Virus record (IMG/VR): IMGVR_UViG_3300031656_000001
DNA length: 64,000 nucleotides
Origin: a virus
Strand: one strand, 5' to 3'
This document shows positions 28,385-39,278 of the stretch, in pieces. The notes beneath the pieces were generated by a model. That model had not been told where the DNA came from. It was given only the letters and a program-made list of their open reading frames with translations, and did no database searches. Numbering within the stretch: position 1 is the first letter of the stretch; each line of letters opens with the position of its first letter. The translations under genes were made by a program, and so were the position numbers.

Positions 28385-31297
28385 TTATTTTACTTTTAAC
28401 ATATTTCTTTTTACAATGTTCTTATTGCCGTGTGTGTCTTCCGCTTCTAATTGAATTGAATAGTATCCAGGTTCTTTAAAGACATACGTAAGCCACATAT
28501 TATTATAGTATATATCAGTGATTTCTGGGTTAGTTATATTAGTTATAGTCCATTTGGCCTTTTTCTTACCAGGGAACTTAGAAATATCAGTAGAAATTGT
28601 AACATGTGTAGATCTTTCTACTTCAGCATAGTCACTGAACACTCTTGTATCATCCCATGTTGGATTAAAGTGTTGTACGTGTGTTTCTCCAGAAATACTC
28701 TCAGATGTATCCCTTGTAGTATTTAGAATACTAATAGATTCAAAATCATAATTCCTAGAATATTCCCAACCTACTACCATCATAAATCTAAACACATCAA
28801 CAGTGTCATCATTATCTGTATCTTCAAATACAGCATTAAAATTAAATTTACTAATAATTGTATCATTGCTCGCATTCAATTCATTCATAATAGCTTTCCA
28901 ACCAGCGATATCGCTCATGGATATCGGAGTCAAACTAGCGATTATATGTTCACCTATTGATTCTACACCTGTTTTAGGATCTTTATATGTAATGCTCAAT
29001 TTCTCACCTTGTCGTATATCATTTATTTTGAAACTAGCTGTTAAATCAGGTCCAACTCTCATGTAATCCCATGCTAAATGTTCAGTATCGCTCCACTTAA
29101 AGGTAGACTCGCTCCATTGATATGGTCCAGTTGTTTCGCTAAAACCAGTATCTGAATAAGTATCAACATATCTTCTAACTGTAGAAAATCTAACGCCTTG
29201 ATCCGATTCCATGTGTACGTAATTCGCTCTATCCAACGTCAAATACAATGTAGCTATATTTTCGTCTATTGTAGTTTTATTATCTTGAGGAGAATTCCAA
29301 TAACCACCAGATTTTGACCATGTAAGATCTTTGTTATCCCATGATTGATCTTCCAGCCATTTATAAATTCCATAAAGTTCTAGTTGTTTTAATTTAACAT
29401 CTATAATATCCTTCATTTTATAATGAGACCTGTGTCCAAATAGATCATATGTTCTCATCTCTACGTCGTACTTGTCATTGTGCGGTAATATCAATGGAAG
29501 TATTAAGTAGTCATCTATAGCTCCTCTATATGTCTGGCTGTAACCTCTTGTTTTACCAGTAATTACCCATTCTATTTCATAAACCCATGCTTTCCACCAA
29601 TTCGCCCAAGTTACTTTTAAACTAGAGTTTGGATCTTCAGCATCTTCCCATGTAAATTTAGCCTCGTCCCATATATCATCAAATGATTCTGTTCCGTCTA
29701 ATAATACAGGACATCCGATTGGAATATTAGGATTGTAAGAATGTAATTCTTGATTATGATATGTGTCATAAAATTTACTAATCACATCTTTTAATTCTGT
29801 CAATGTACCCTTGATTGGTAATAAAGCAAATGTTAACACTTGTCCTTTAGTGTTTCCAGTAAATGTAGGGTTTGCTACCCAGTTGTTTTCGTTATTCCAA
29901 GTCCAGTATGTGTTATTGGAAAGCACTTCATATGTGTCTCCGTCAAATACGTTTCCATGTACATGATCTCTAATATCTCCGGTTAAAATATCTTCGTTCC
30001 CGGTTCCTAAATTTAAAAACAAATTATAATTAGTTGCGTCATTGTTATGATCTAATGATGGCTTTAATACCATTGATAAATCCTCTATAAAAAGTTCTCT
30101 CCTTTCAGGCGTAACCTTAAATTTAATAGCATGGCCCTCGCTGAAATAACCAATCGGGTTTTGATTATGCCAAATGTTTATGTTTCTTTGTGTAAAATAA
30201 TCACCTTCAGCTGTGATGTCAATGATCTTAGCCTGTAATGGTAAGTACTCTTTTTGTAATTTAGATTTTAAACCATATAATTTAATTAAAACTTCTTGCG
30301 GAGTATAATCAAAGGTTTCAGTTACATTAGGAATATCCCATTGATCAAACGTACCGTTAGGTTCATTTAATCTATAAACAAGACTAAACTTACTAGTCTT
30401 TTTCATAGTGCTCGATGGCAACTTGAATTTTAATTTCTTTCTAGTAGCTTCACCTCTTACTGATGACTTAGGTACAGGAACTGCAAATAATTTACCGAAA
30501 TTCTTAACCGAATTATCGATGTTTAACCAATATTCTTTTAATGTAATCTTATCGTAACCAAAGAAATCTATTGCATTTAAAACTGCTTTATAAGTTCCTA
30601 CGAATGGTTTAATATTGTGAAGCTCTAAAAGAAGTTCCTTTCTTTTTCTATTTAATAGAATATAATCAGGTGACATTTCACTAATGTCATGATCTTTAAA
30701 TAATAGAAAATCTGATTCCGCTAATGTAGCACCAAAATTAGATAATAAAACTTTAAGTCTTTCATCTTCAGGAACTACTTCACCATAAACCTCTATTATA
30801 GCAACTAATGTTTTAATGTTATTTGTTACACTGTATACATTTAAGTTTCGTACATGTGGTCCAGCGATTGTAGAGTTTAACGTTATATTAAGTTGAATTG
30901 CTGTATTGTCCTGTGTATTTAAATGTTTTACACCTGATACAATACTATCAATATTAGTATTATCAAACAAAACAACTGATTGTGATTTTAATTCTTTAAC
31001 TACTGGAATATTACCAGTATTATCAATGTCATATAAAATGATAGATTTACTATCAAATTTGTTTGTTTCTTCCCATTCAAATGAGAACTTAGTGTCATCT
31101 GCTGTTTCTGCAATTGGAAAGTTTATAGTTACATCACCATTGTGAATACATTCTTCAAGAATGAATAAATTAATAGTTTCATATAAACCTGCTGAAACCT
31201 CAGGTAAGTAAACAGTACCCTTATATACACCGAAAAGATCCTTCTCGAAGTTTAAGTCGTATTCTAATCCCTTGAAAAATCTTAAATTATTATACAT
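28385..31297 (-). CDS. Putative baseplate wedge protein (gp7-like) with C-terminal PKD-like domain
   Basis: VGTYKAVLNAIDFFGY resembles the gp7/tail-I KGT motif; YVFKEPGYYSIQLEAED is PKD-like; lies near gp6. Confidence 0.55.
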   Translation of the reverse strand: MYNNLRFFKGLEYDLNFEKDLFGVYKGTVYLPEVSAGLYETINLFILEECIHNGDVTINFPIAETADDTKFSFEWEETNKFDSKSIILYDIDNTGNIPVVKELKSQSVVLFDNTNIDSIVSGVKHLNTQDNTAIQLNITLNSTIAGPHVRNLNVYSVTNNIKTLVAIIEVYGEVVPEDERLKVLLSNFGATLAESDFLLFKDHDISEMSPDYILLNRKRKELLLELHNIKPFVGTYKAVLNAIDFFGYDKITLKEYWLNIDNSVKNFGKLFAVPVPKSSVRGEATRKKLKFKLPSSTMKKTSKFSLVYRLNEPNGTFDQWDIPNVTETFDYTPQEVLIKLYGLKSKLQKEYLPLQAKIIDITAEGDYFTQRNINIWHNQNPIGYFSEGHAIKFKVTPERRELFIEDLSMVLKPSLDHNNDATNYNLFLNLGTGNEDILTGDIRDHVHGNVFDGDTYEVLSNNTYWTWNNENNWVANPTFTGNTKGQVLTFALLPIKGTLTELKDVISKFYDTYHNQELHSYNPNIPIGCPVLLDGTESFDDIWDEAKFTWEDAEDPNSSLKVTWANWWKAWVYEIEWVITGKTRGYSQTYRGAIDDYLILPLILPHNDKYDVEMRTYDLFGHRSHYKMKDIIDVKLKQLELYGIYKWLEDQSWDNKDLTWSKSGGYWNSPQDNKTTIDENIATLYLTLDRANYVHMESDQGVRFSTVRRYVDTYSDTGFSETTGPYQWSESTFKWSDTEHLAWDYMRVGPDLTASFKINDIRQGEKLSITYKDPKTGVESIGEHIIASLTPISMSDIAGWKAIMNELNASNDTIISKFNFNAVFEDTDNDDTVDVFRFMMVVGWEYSRNYDFESISILNTTRDTSESISGETHVQHFNPTWDDTRVFSDYAEVERSTHVTISTDISKFPGKKKAKWTITNITNPEITDIYYNNMWLTYVFKEPGYYSIQLEAEDTHGNKNIVKRNMLKVK

Positions 31298-31578
31298 TAT
31301 CTTGTTCCTTTATCGTCTTCTTTGACGGTGTAATTTTTATAGTTCTTTAAATGTCTTACACCTTTTAATAAGTTTTTTAAACTATCGTCTAAGAATATTA
31401 AAAAATGTTGCATTGTTTCGTTTCTTTGAATATGTCCAGATAATGATCTACCCATAAATTCACTAGGTGGTAAGTTTTCATAATCGTAACCGACATGTAG
31501 CCTTGCGTCCTTTCTAGTTTTGGAAAAGTCATATCGATTGCTTCTCTTGTATCCAAATAAGTTTGTGAATAATCCCAT
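31297..31578 (-). CDS. Hypothetical protein in baseplate cluster
   Basis: Translationally coupled between the gp6-like and gp7-like genes. Confidence 0.55.
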   Translation of the reverse strand: MGLFTNLFGYKRSNRYDFSKTRKDARLHVGYDYENLPPSEFMGRSLSGHIQRNETMQHFLIFLDDSLKNLLKGVRHLKNYKNYTVKEDDKGTR

Positions 31579-33407
31579 TATTTAAGTGCTCTTCTGTTTC
31601 CTGCTTGTACTCTAGTATATATTGTCTTCGGTACAGGTGTACTATCGAAGTTTATACTAACTGCAGCTTCCGCATTTAGCTTCACATCATCTTCAATGTT
31701 ATCACCGTCTCTGTCTAACCATCCACCTCTAAATACAGCAACTTCTTCTTTATCCATAACAATGTCACCCCATTGATCTAAACCTTTTACATCATATGGT
31801 ATATTAGTGGTTGCAGATACTGGTATCATTTTAACAGTTTCTATCTTTTTAAAGAATATATGTTTTTGTTTACCATTGCCAATCGTTTCCAATACCACTG
31901 GTTCTTGTGGAACAACATTAACATTAACAGATTCATAGTAACCTAATCTTCTAGCTTTTTCTTCAGTTTCAGAAATGAATCTAATATTAACTGAATCAAT
32001 ACCAGCCACTTCTTCCAATATATAAACAATATCGGATTTTGGTAATTTATCTCTTCTAGTGATATTCAATAAATAATCAGACACTTTACCTCTAACTGCT
32101 GTGAAAATTTCATCTTTAGTATAACCTTCAAAATATCTAATATTAATATCCATACTATAATATCTAATCTTGGGTTTAACAAATACAACTTCAGTTGTTA
32201 CCATTTGTTGTCCGCTATCTTCTAATACTCTGTGCATTGCATCATATTCACCTTGATCTAAAAACATTTCCTCTTGTGGAATATTAAAATAATCTTGTGT
32301 CTTTGCTAATTTCTTATTAATATCTGGAACAGCGAAAATATAAATTACATTATCATCATCTAAATACTGATCATCTGTAGTGTTATATGCATCTATATAA
32401 GAAAACATATTATATCTTGATAAGAAGTACTCATAGTTATCGGGTGTAGCTAACACGAACGACTTACTAGCCATTGGCGTCATTATCTTTGTAAACTGTG
32501 TACTTTCTCTATCACTACCCATTTTAGGTGATGATGAAATAGTCACATCCAAGAAATCGTTTAAATCGTGTTCAGCTCCATTTGAATCAGTACCTTTAGC
32601 ATCCCATTTGATAGTTAAATCTGGCGAGTCATCTAAATTTCCAGATAATCCAGCATGCTTTACATATTCTATAGCAATTGACGCACCATCAGCCGGTACA
32701 AGTCCAAAACTATTATTACCGAAATAAAGATCTAAACCTCCACTAATTCCAGTTTTAATTAAATATGCTTTTTCATTTGCACCTAAATCATATAAAGATT
32801 CGTGCTTTGTCCAAAGTTCTCCGTTAACGCTTACGCTAACTTTGCTATGATCAGTTATTCCGCCAGTATTGATACTGAATGATTGTAATTTAGTACCATT
32901 AGACGTTACTGTTTGTGATTCAAATTTACCTTGAATGATTGCAGTATTAATAGAGTTAAAGTTTGATTTTTCTAATTTAAATTTATCAACCGAATTCAAA
33001 AGAGTATATGTTAATCCGTTTGCATCAAACTTGAGCTGTGCTCTACTGTCCATGTTTAAAGTATTTCCAGCAATCTTAACCATATCAGCACCTGGTTTCC
33101 ATCTAAATTGAATTTCTCCAGTTGCAGCAAATCCTCTAGTTGCATCATGTCCTGTCAATCTAGACATTCCATATATTGATTCAGGCTGTTGTGCGGTATA
33201 TATGTTTTGTTCTACAACAGAATCCTCTATATAAAACATTATAAGATCAACCATTTCCGATAATACACTTATTATTTGCGCAAACGGAGATGCAACAGTA
33301 AACAGAGCATTTGCTCTATTATAAACCCTAGAGATATATGTTCTAGCATCGCCCTTTATAGCATCTGCGCTAGCTCTAATTGTACTTAAAAATTTTAATT
33401 CTGCCAT
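31578..33407 (-). CDS. Baseplate wedge subunit (T4 gp6/baseplate J-like)
   Basis: LIMFYIEDSVVEQNIYTAQ, IIQG, LDLYFGNNSFGLVP, GSDRES and LATPDNYEYF motifs; follows the gp25-like gene. Confidence 0.85.
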   Translation of the reverse strand: MAELKFLSTIRASADAIKGDARTYISRVYNRANALFTVASPFAQIISVLSEMVDLIMFYIEDSVVEQNIYTAQQPESIYGMSRLTGHDATRGFAATGEIQFRWKPGADMVKIAGNTLNMDSRAQLKFDANGLTYTLLNSVDKFKLEKSNFNSINTAIIQGKFESQTVTSNGTKLQSFSINTGGITDHSKVSVSVNGELWTKHESLYDLGANEKAYLIKTGISGGLDLYFGNNSFGLVPADGASIAIEYVKHAGLSGNLDDSPDLTIKWDAKGTDSNGAEHDLNDFLDVTISSSPKMGSDRESTQFTKIMTPMASKSFVLATPDNYEYFLSRYNMFSYIDAYNTTDDQYLDDDNVIYIFAVPDINKKLAKTQDYFNIPQEEMFLDQGEYDAMHRVLEDSGQQMVTTEVVFVKPKIRYYSMDINIRYFEGYTKDEIFTAVRGKVSDYLLNITRRDKLPKSDIVYILEEVAGIDSVNIRFISETEEKARRLGYYESVNVNVVPQEPVVLETIGNGKQKHIFFKKIETVKMIPVSATTNIPYDVKGLDQWGDIVMDKEEVAVFRGGWLDRDGDNIEDDVKLNAEAAVSINFDSTPVPKTIYTRVQAGNRRALK

Positions 33408-33424
33408 TATTATTATTTACTTTT

Positions 33425-33781
33425 TTATAGCATGCTTATTTTAATAGCATATTTGCCGTCTATTGTAATATCTATGAATGCTATATCTCTAACTTCACCT
33501 TTCATGAAGTCAACTTTAACATCTACATGGTACTTGTTTGCTAATGGACAATACGCCGTAAGCTGCTGACCAATAGTCGCGCGTATATCATGCTCATTTG
33601 CATTGAAACTATATATAAGGTCTTCCAGATTGCAACCAAAGTTACTATCTCCCATTACTTCGCCTTTATTAGTGAATAATATTGTTTGAATCTGTGTGAT
33701 CAACATTTCTATTTCACTATTAGTTTGAATCTGTGTCCCATCGTAATTAGGATCACTTGGGTATTTTATATATAATTCCAT
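33425..33781 (-). CDS. Baseplate wedge gp25-like protein
   Basis: ILFTNKGEVMGDSNFGCNLEDLIY is the GPW/gp25 signature. Confidence 0.88.
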   Translation of the reverse strand: MELYIKYPSDPNYDGTQIQTNSEIEMLITQIQTILFTNKGEVMGDSNFGCNLEDLIYSFNANEHDIRATIGQQLTAYCPLANKYHVDVKVDFMKGEVRDIAFIDITIDGKYAIKISML

Positions 33782-33801
33782 CTAAGTATGTATCTTATTT
33801 A

Positions 33802-34638
33802 TTATGAGTGCATCATCCAATCGACACCTTCGTCATCGTTAATCTCTTCTTCAATTGCAGATAGCTCATCATCTCCCATTGATTTAATACTCTCATAATC
33901 AAATTCAACATTACCAGGTAATGCAAACTTAAAAATACCAAGTTTAGTACCAATTGATTGTTTTACTTTAGCGCTAACATATCTAAAGAATATTTCATCA
34001 TCGTATAATGCACAATCTGGTATCGTTTCATATACTTGTAAAATAACATCACCCTTGGGTGTGTCTCCCATAAATTTCAATCCTCCAGTTAATCTAGAAT
34101 AATCATAAGAAATAGGATTTTCTAAAATCTGTCTAGACAAATCAGCCATAGAAGCATTCAATACATAATATTGTAATTCTTCAGCAGCTTCTGCCATTCC
34201 TGATCCTTCGTACATTCCTCTAAATAACATTCGTTCCATAGAGAAATCTCCACCACTTTGAAATCTAACATCTAAACCTCCACCGCTAAATGAATTCTTT
34301 AAATCATATAAACCATATACAGAGTAAACTCCACCACCACCATCGGCACTTGCGCCTGGTAAATTAAGAGTTCTATTACTCTTGAAATACGCTGTTGAAA
34401 ACACAGAGTTTGGTATATGATAATAATTCTCTCTTACAGAATACTCATATTTTTTATAGAACCATTTCTTAGCTCTTTTAATTATATTAATAATTTCTTT
34501 TTGTGGCAAGTTAATAGGAACCATACATGCTCCAGTAATTTCATCGCCTAATTCATCTAAGAATGCATTTAAACAATTTGCATCAAACGACCTTCCAGTT
34601 GTTAAATCGTTATTTGATCCGCTTCTAATTTCACTCAT
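33802..34638 (-). CDS. Neck protein (T4 gp13-like)
   Basis: RYVSAKVKQSIGTKLGIFKFALPGNVEFDY resembles the gp13 C-terminus. Confidence 0.7.
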   Translation of the reverse strand: MSEIRSGSNNDLTTGRSFDANCLNAFLDELGDEITGACMVPINLPQKEIINIIKRAKKWFYKKYEYSVRENYYHIPNSVFSTAYFKSNRTLNLPGASADGGGGVYSVYGLYDLKNSFSGGGLDVRFQSGGDFSMERMLFRGMYEGSGMAEAAEELQYYVLNASMADLSRQILENPISYDYSRLTGGLKFMGDTPKGDVILQVYETIPDCALYDDEIFFRYVSAKVKQSIGTKLGIFKFALPGNVEFDYESIKSMGDDELSAIEEEINDDEGVDWMMHS

Positions 34639-34644
34639 TTTGTC

Positions 34645-35952
34645 TTACTTTATTTTTTTACTAACTACTATTTCAGTATCTTCAAATCTAGCATCCTTTG
34701 TCATGAAGCCTTCTCTAAATATACCACCAATCATTTTACCTTTAAACATTGTATCTCTTCCTGCAACATAACAGTTTGTTAATGTACAACTACCATGTGT
34801 ATAAGAAGATTCAACTTTAGAATCCTTTGCTTTAGTTCCTTGATATAAACTACCAAACTTTACAGCAGATCCATCTATTTTACAATTATAAAAACTACAA
34901 TTTTCAATATTCCCTGCAAGTTCACAATCAATGAATTCAAAGTTCTCTAACATATATACTGTTGGGAATTTACCGCCCTTGACTTGTACAGCACCGTAAT
35001 CAGAGTCATAATTAATAATCCCAGCAGTCATTGATCCATTTACTATAAGATCCATCACCCTGGTTTTAAATCTCTCCCAGTGCACCTTAACAATAGCAGG
35101 ATTATCTTGTAAATCTGCCAATATTTTAATATCTGGCCAATTCTCAGACACTTTAGTGTAGTCTTTCAACATATCTGAGATTGGCTTATTTTTATTTAAA
35201 ATTCTTTGTAGTTCAATTTTGTTTTCTGCAGTAAATCTAGGATCATTGCAAGATTTCCACATACGTTGTAAGAACCTCTCAGTTAAATAAAGAATATCGT
35301 CTACTCTCTTTTCATAACCTTCCCCGCCAATATATCTAAATTCTAAGTAATTCTTTTCACTCTTAGAAAAGTTTATACCGTAATATTTGGTGTCTGCGAA
35401 TTTATATTGATTTGATGCTATTTGATTTGCATCGAAGTGGAATGATTCCCATTTAGGCATAATCCATTTTACACTTTTAGCGTAAGCCGAATGTTCTCTG
35501 TCTGGAAAAAACTTATAAACCTGTGCTTCGTCGAATTCTAATATGAATTTAAGAATATTCATTTTAGAAACCATTGCAGGATCTTCTAAGTATTTTTTAT
35601 CAAATGATAAGTTAATGTGAATTGATGCTCTATCATTGGTATACCCGTTTTCGGCTATCCAATTAAGCATTTGAATAACTACTAATCTGGCATTTCTATA
35701 TGGAATCGGACCAGTAACTAATTCAATTAGTCCTTTACCGCCAGACATATCTGGCTCCATTTTAAATTCATCAGCAGACGGTACAAAATCTGAATGAGCT
35801 TTGATTTCTAACCTAATTTTTCGATCTAGAAGTTTAGCCAAAGATTTTTGGGTAGCTTCTAGATCGATATTAGAATAGAATTCAAACTCTAATCCCATCA
35901 GTGATGAGTTAAGAATTGATTCTCTTGAAGAATCTATAGATAGTTTTTGCAT
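34645..35952 (-). CDS. Putative amidoligase (COOH-NH2 ligase, glutamine synthetase fold) with C-terminal beta-helix-like region
   Basis: GLEFEF, ELVTGP, ASIHINLS, KYYGINF and LEFR motifs. Confidence 0.78.
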   Translation of the reverse strand: MQKLSIDSSRESILNSSLMGLEFEFYSNIDLEATQKSLAKLLDRKIRLEIKAHSDFVPSADEFKMEPDMSGGKGLIELVTGPIPYRNARLVVIQMLNWIAENGYTNDRASIHINLSFDKKYLEDPAMVSKMNILKFILEFDEAQVYKFFPDREHSAYAKSVKWIMPKWESFHFDANQIASNQYKFADTKYYGINFSKSEKNYLEFRYIGGEGYEKRVDDILYLTERFLQRMWKSCNDPRFTAENKIELQRILNKNKPISDMLKDYTKVSENWPDIKILADLQDNPAIVKVHWERFKTRVMDLIVNGSMTAGIINYDSDYGAVQVKGGKFPTVYMLENFEFIDCELAGNIENCSFYNCKIDGSAVKFGSLYQGTKAKDSKVESSYTHGSCTLTNCYVAGRDTMFKGKMIGGIFREGFMTKDARFEDTEIVVSKKIK

Positions 35953-36004
35953 ATTAGATTATGATATTATCGTTTCAATATATATCACACTCTCGTTGCA
36001 ATAG

Positions 36005-37288
36005 TTATTGAGGCATTTTTAAGAATACTTTCATTGCGTCAACATCAATTCGGGTGATCTGAACGGTAATTTTGTCACCGCTTGAAAATACATCCATAAG
36101 ATCTTCACCAACTTCACTGACGTGTAACAGTCCAGTTACGCCTTCTTCTATTGTAATGAATAAGCCGTAATCCTTTTTAGTCTTAACAGTCGCTTCAATA
36201 GTACATGGCATTTGATATCTTGAAATTATATCATTCCATGGATTAATCACAGCATTTGCCTTTTGAGTAAGTGTGATTTTAGTATTACTAATGATGTCTT
36301 TAACAATAAATGTAATTTCATCACCAGGTATAATTTGTCTTGCCTTGAATTTAACTAAAGTTTCCTCATCTAAATCGTTATTGTGAATCATTCCAGTTAA
36401 GCAACCTTTAAATTCAACAAATACTCCATATTTTGCAGATCCAGTTACGTTTCCAGTAAGTGTCTCTCCTTGATTTTCTTTTAATTTCTCTAGTTCTCCT
36501 GGAATTAAAGCTTGTAAGTATTTTCTATGTGAAACAACTAACGTACCTCTTTCTGGTGAGAAACTTACAGGGACAACATACATTTCAGTTCCTATAATAG
36601 AAGAAAAATCATGTAGTTTATTAATACCTGCTAATGATCCTGGCATGAAACAATCAACGCCTTGTACATTTAGCATGTAACCACCATTTTCAATCATATG
36701 TGTTACTTTACCGATCCATGCAGTGTTGCCTTCTTCGACAGCTTCTCTAAGATCCATAAATACTCTATGTTTAATACCACCGCTAATTGATCCAAGCGCA
36801 TGTGAATTGTTAGGTACTTGTGTAATTAATACAGATGTTGGTTCTCCCGGTTTTAATGCTTGAATGTCTGCTGGTTCTTTAGCATACTTAACGTAAACGT
36901 GTTCTCTGTACCCGATGTCAACACTAAAGAAGTCAGAGTCGACCGCGTAGATTGTACCTTCGTGTATTTCACCTAAATTTAATACTGTAACTAATTCTCC
37001 ATTACTTTCGTTGAAGTCTTCTAGCATATCATACATTTCCTGTGCATATGATTCTCTAGAGAAAACCCTATCACCGTTTTTTGTTTTGATGTGTGGGTTG
37101 TGTTTTCTTGTTTTAGATGGGCAAGTAGCTTCGTAAGCGTCCCACATAAATTCACCAGATTCATCGTAAAATTGTTCTTCTGGTACTATTGGTTTAAAGT
37201 TTTCGATTGCGTTTGATGGTTCTTGAAATGGAACCTGATCATTTTTTACTTCGCTAATTCTAACTCTTTTGTTTTTTTCGTTGTTCAT
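36005..37288 (-). CDS. rpsA: Phage-encoded ribosomal protein S1 homologue (4 S1 domains)
   Basis: S1 repeats (CFMPGS...VVSHRK; YGVFVEF...GMIH; DYGLFI...GLLHVSE); N-terminal EFMWDAYE resembles the Bacteroides S1 DFNWDAYE segment. Confidence 0.85.
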   Translation of the reverse strand: MNNEKNKRVRISEVKNDQVPFQEPSNAIENFKPIVPEEQFYDESGEFMWDAYEATCPSKTRKHNPHIKTKNGDRVFSRESYAQEMYDMLEDFNESNGELVTVLNLGEIHEGTIYAVDSDFFSVDIGYREHVYVKYAKEPADIQALKPGEPTSVLITQVPNNSHALGSISGGIKHRVFMDLREAVEEGNTAWIGKVTHMIENGGYMLNVQGVDCFMPGSLAGINKLHDFSSIIGTEMYVVPVSFSPERGTLVVSHRKYLQALIPGELEKLKENQGETLTGNVTGSAKYGVFVEFKGCLTGMIHNNDLDEETLVKFKARQIIPGDEITFIVKDIISNTKITLTQKANAVINPWNDIISRYQMPCTIEATVKTKKDYGLFITIEEGVTGLLHVSEVGEDLMDVFSSGDKITVQITRIDVDAMKVFLKMPQ

Positions 37289-37314
37289 TTATTTTATATT
37301 AAAGGTGTAACATA

Positions 37315-37323
37315 TTATATATC
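37315..37323 (-). promoter_or_regulatory. Late promoter motif GATATATAA upstream of S1; family member
   Basis: G(A)ATATATA also at 2885, 5164, 7327, 8476, 11932, 12529, 22099, 28509, 35979, 41423, 46137, 52333 and 54490, mostly upstream of structural or tagged genes. Confidence 0.72.
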
Positions 37324-37335
37324 CTATTTTATTTG

Positions 37336-39276
37336 CTAAAAAACAACCGGTACCATGCCGATCATTGGTATTGGCCCAGCAGGCGTTGGTATTCCACCCA
37401 AATATAATAGTTTAAATTCTAGTAAATGTAATGCATATGCTGCTGCAACTGCAACTGATACTGCCATTGCAGGTGGTTGCGGTGCAGGAATCACACTGAA
37501 TGTTTTCCCGGTGGCCCATGCCTTTCTTAAATTATTGCCTAATCTCTTTGCACTACCATAGTATATTGGAATGTAAATTCCTGTTAATGGTGGCGGTATC
37601 ATAGCTGGCATTGCAGATGGCGAAGCTGCAAACGGTTGAATTAAACATGCGTACCAGTACGCAATTGTAACTTGTCCCATTTTTATCCATGGATCGCCTC
37701 CTGGCCAATCATAATCTATATTTGCATCAGGCTCTGCTTCATCGCATATGGCAGCACCTTCTATTGCATCTATTACTTGTTGTCTTGTAAATTTAAATTG
37801 AGTTCCACCAGTATTAGGGTTCATTGCAATAATATCTTCAGGACTTCTTACAGTATTTATATTTGCTGGTATTTTATTCCAACCTATTTCCCATTCAGAG
37901 ATAACGTATTGTGTGTTTATATAAGCATCGCTTTTTTTCCACCAATAAACTGTACCTTCAGGGTCACTACTACTATCAAAACCAGTTGCAAATATACTAA
38001 GTGTAAATGATTTAGAAACTTGTGAACTATTATCATATGAAAAGAATGCAACAACTTCATCACTTAAAACTTTAGGGCGTTTGCTTTCATTATCCGGTAA
38101 ATCATTCTCTCTATCATAAGATACCTGAATTTTATTTACAGACAACATGCATTCCGGTTTTTCTTTAGTGTCATATGGCCATGGTCTAATAATAGGACTA
38201 AATTGTCCAACATCAAATGTAGCAGACATATTGTCACGTGGATTCGTATATGTCGTAATATTAGTAAAAGAAGATCCCAAATTAATTACGTTGTTCGTTT
38301 CACTAGATCTGCTTACTTCAACTACAGTGTCGTCGTAATACGCACGTTGAATAGCCAACTTAAATTTACTGCTGATTGTGTTAACTACTATTTCCCAATC
38401 ATAGCCTACTGATGTTAATCTAGTCCTAACACTATTAGGAACATTTGGATATGGCCATAAATTTCTGAAAGTAGTGTCACCTCTTTGTTTGTCATTATCA
38501 TTCATATTCTGGTAATTGATCTTACCTAAGCTTGTAGCCCACATTGCATAATCCAATTTATCTGCAGTGTTTGTTATCGTTTCAAATTGCTGTAACATTC
38601 TATTAACAATAAGGTATATAAAATCTAATTCAGTTTCATCACCATCTAAACAATGAAATTCAAAGAACTTAAACTTTTTAAGATCCATTACTGAATCATC
38701 TTTAAAATCTTCTATGAATTTATTAAATTTCTTCTGACGTTTCTTTTCTAGTTCAACTGGATCTGGTTCTTCTATAGGACCTGGGCAAAAATCAGCATAA
38801 TCAGGATGAGACTCTTTACCCATCGTAGTTATATTGCCATCTGCATCTTTCTGGTCTTGTAATGGAATATCGCCCTCTTTTAATATCTGTTCAAATATTA
38901 ATCCATATCCTTGTTTAAGAATAAGTTCAGCTGCTGGGTTATTAGAATGTGTTGCACCGAATGGTGTCATAGCTAAACCTTTCACCGCTTCTAAATAACG
39001 TTCTGCTACGTTTACACCAAAATCATATCTACCACTTAATGGCGCTAAATTAATAGCATTTACCATTGTAGTTGGATCTGTTACTAACATAGTATTTGCT
39101 GGATTTCCAGGTTTTAACGATTCTACTAACTCAGCTGATGGCGGAAAAATAGGCACTTGATCCTTTCCTACCTTTGGTAAGTCGTAAGATAACATTGCTC
39201 CACCTGGTTTCGTAAACGATTGTCCAGACAAGTCTGAGGCTAGTGTAGGAATAAATGTGGGCCAAAGTGCAGGCAT
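37336..39276 (-). CDS. Hypothetical virion-associated protein downstream of the spike gene
   Basis: 646 aa with Pro-rich hydrophobic termini; no family recognised. Confidence 0.5.
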   Translation of the reverse strand: MPALWPTFIPTLASDLSGQSFTKPGGAMLSYDLPKVGKDQVPIFPPSAELVESLKPGNPANTMLVTDPTTMVNAINLAPLSGRYDFGVNVAERYLEAVKGLAMTPFGATHSNNPAAELILKQGYGLIFEQILKEGDIPLQDQKDADGNITTMGKESHPDYADFCPGPIEEPDPVELEKKRQKKFNKFIEDFKDDSVMDLKKFKFFEFHCLDGDETELDFIYLIVNRMLQQFETITNTADKLDYAMWATSLGKINYQNMNDNDKQRGDTTFRNLWPYPNVPNSVRTRLTSVGYDWEIVVNTISSKFKLAIQRAYYDDTVVEVSRSSETNNVINLGSSFTNITTYTNPRDNMSATFDVGQFSPIIRPWPYDTKEKPECMLSVNKIQVSYDRENDLPDNESKRPKVLSDEVVAFFSYDNSSQVSKSFTLSIFATGFDSSSDPEGTVYWWKKSDAYINTQYVISEWEIGWNKIPANINTVRSPEDIIAMNPNTGGTQFKFTRQQVIDAIEGAAICDEAEPDANIDYDWPGGDPWIKMGQVTIAYWYACLIQPFAASPSAMPAMIPPPLTGIYIPIYYGSAKRLGNNLRKAWATGKTFSVIPAPQPPAMAVSVAVAAAYALHLLEFKLLYLGGIPTPAGPIPMIGMVPVVF

Positions 39277-39278
39277 AA

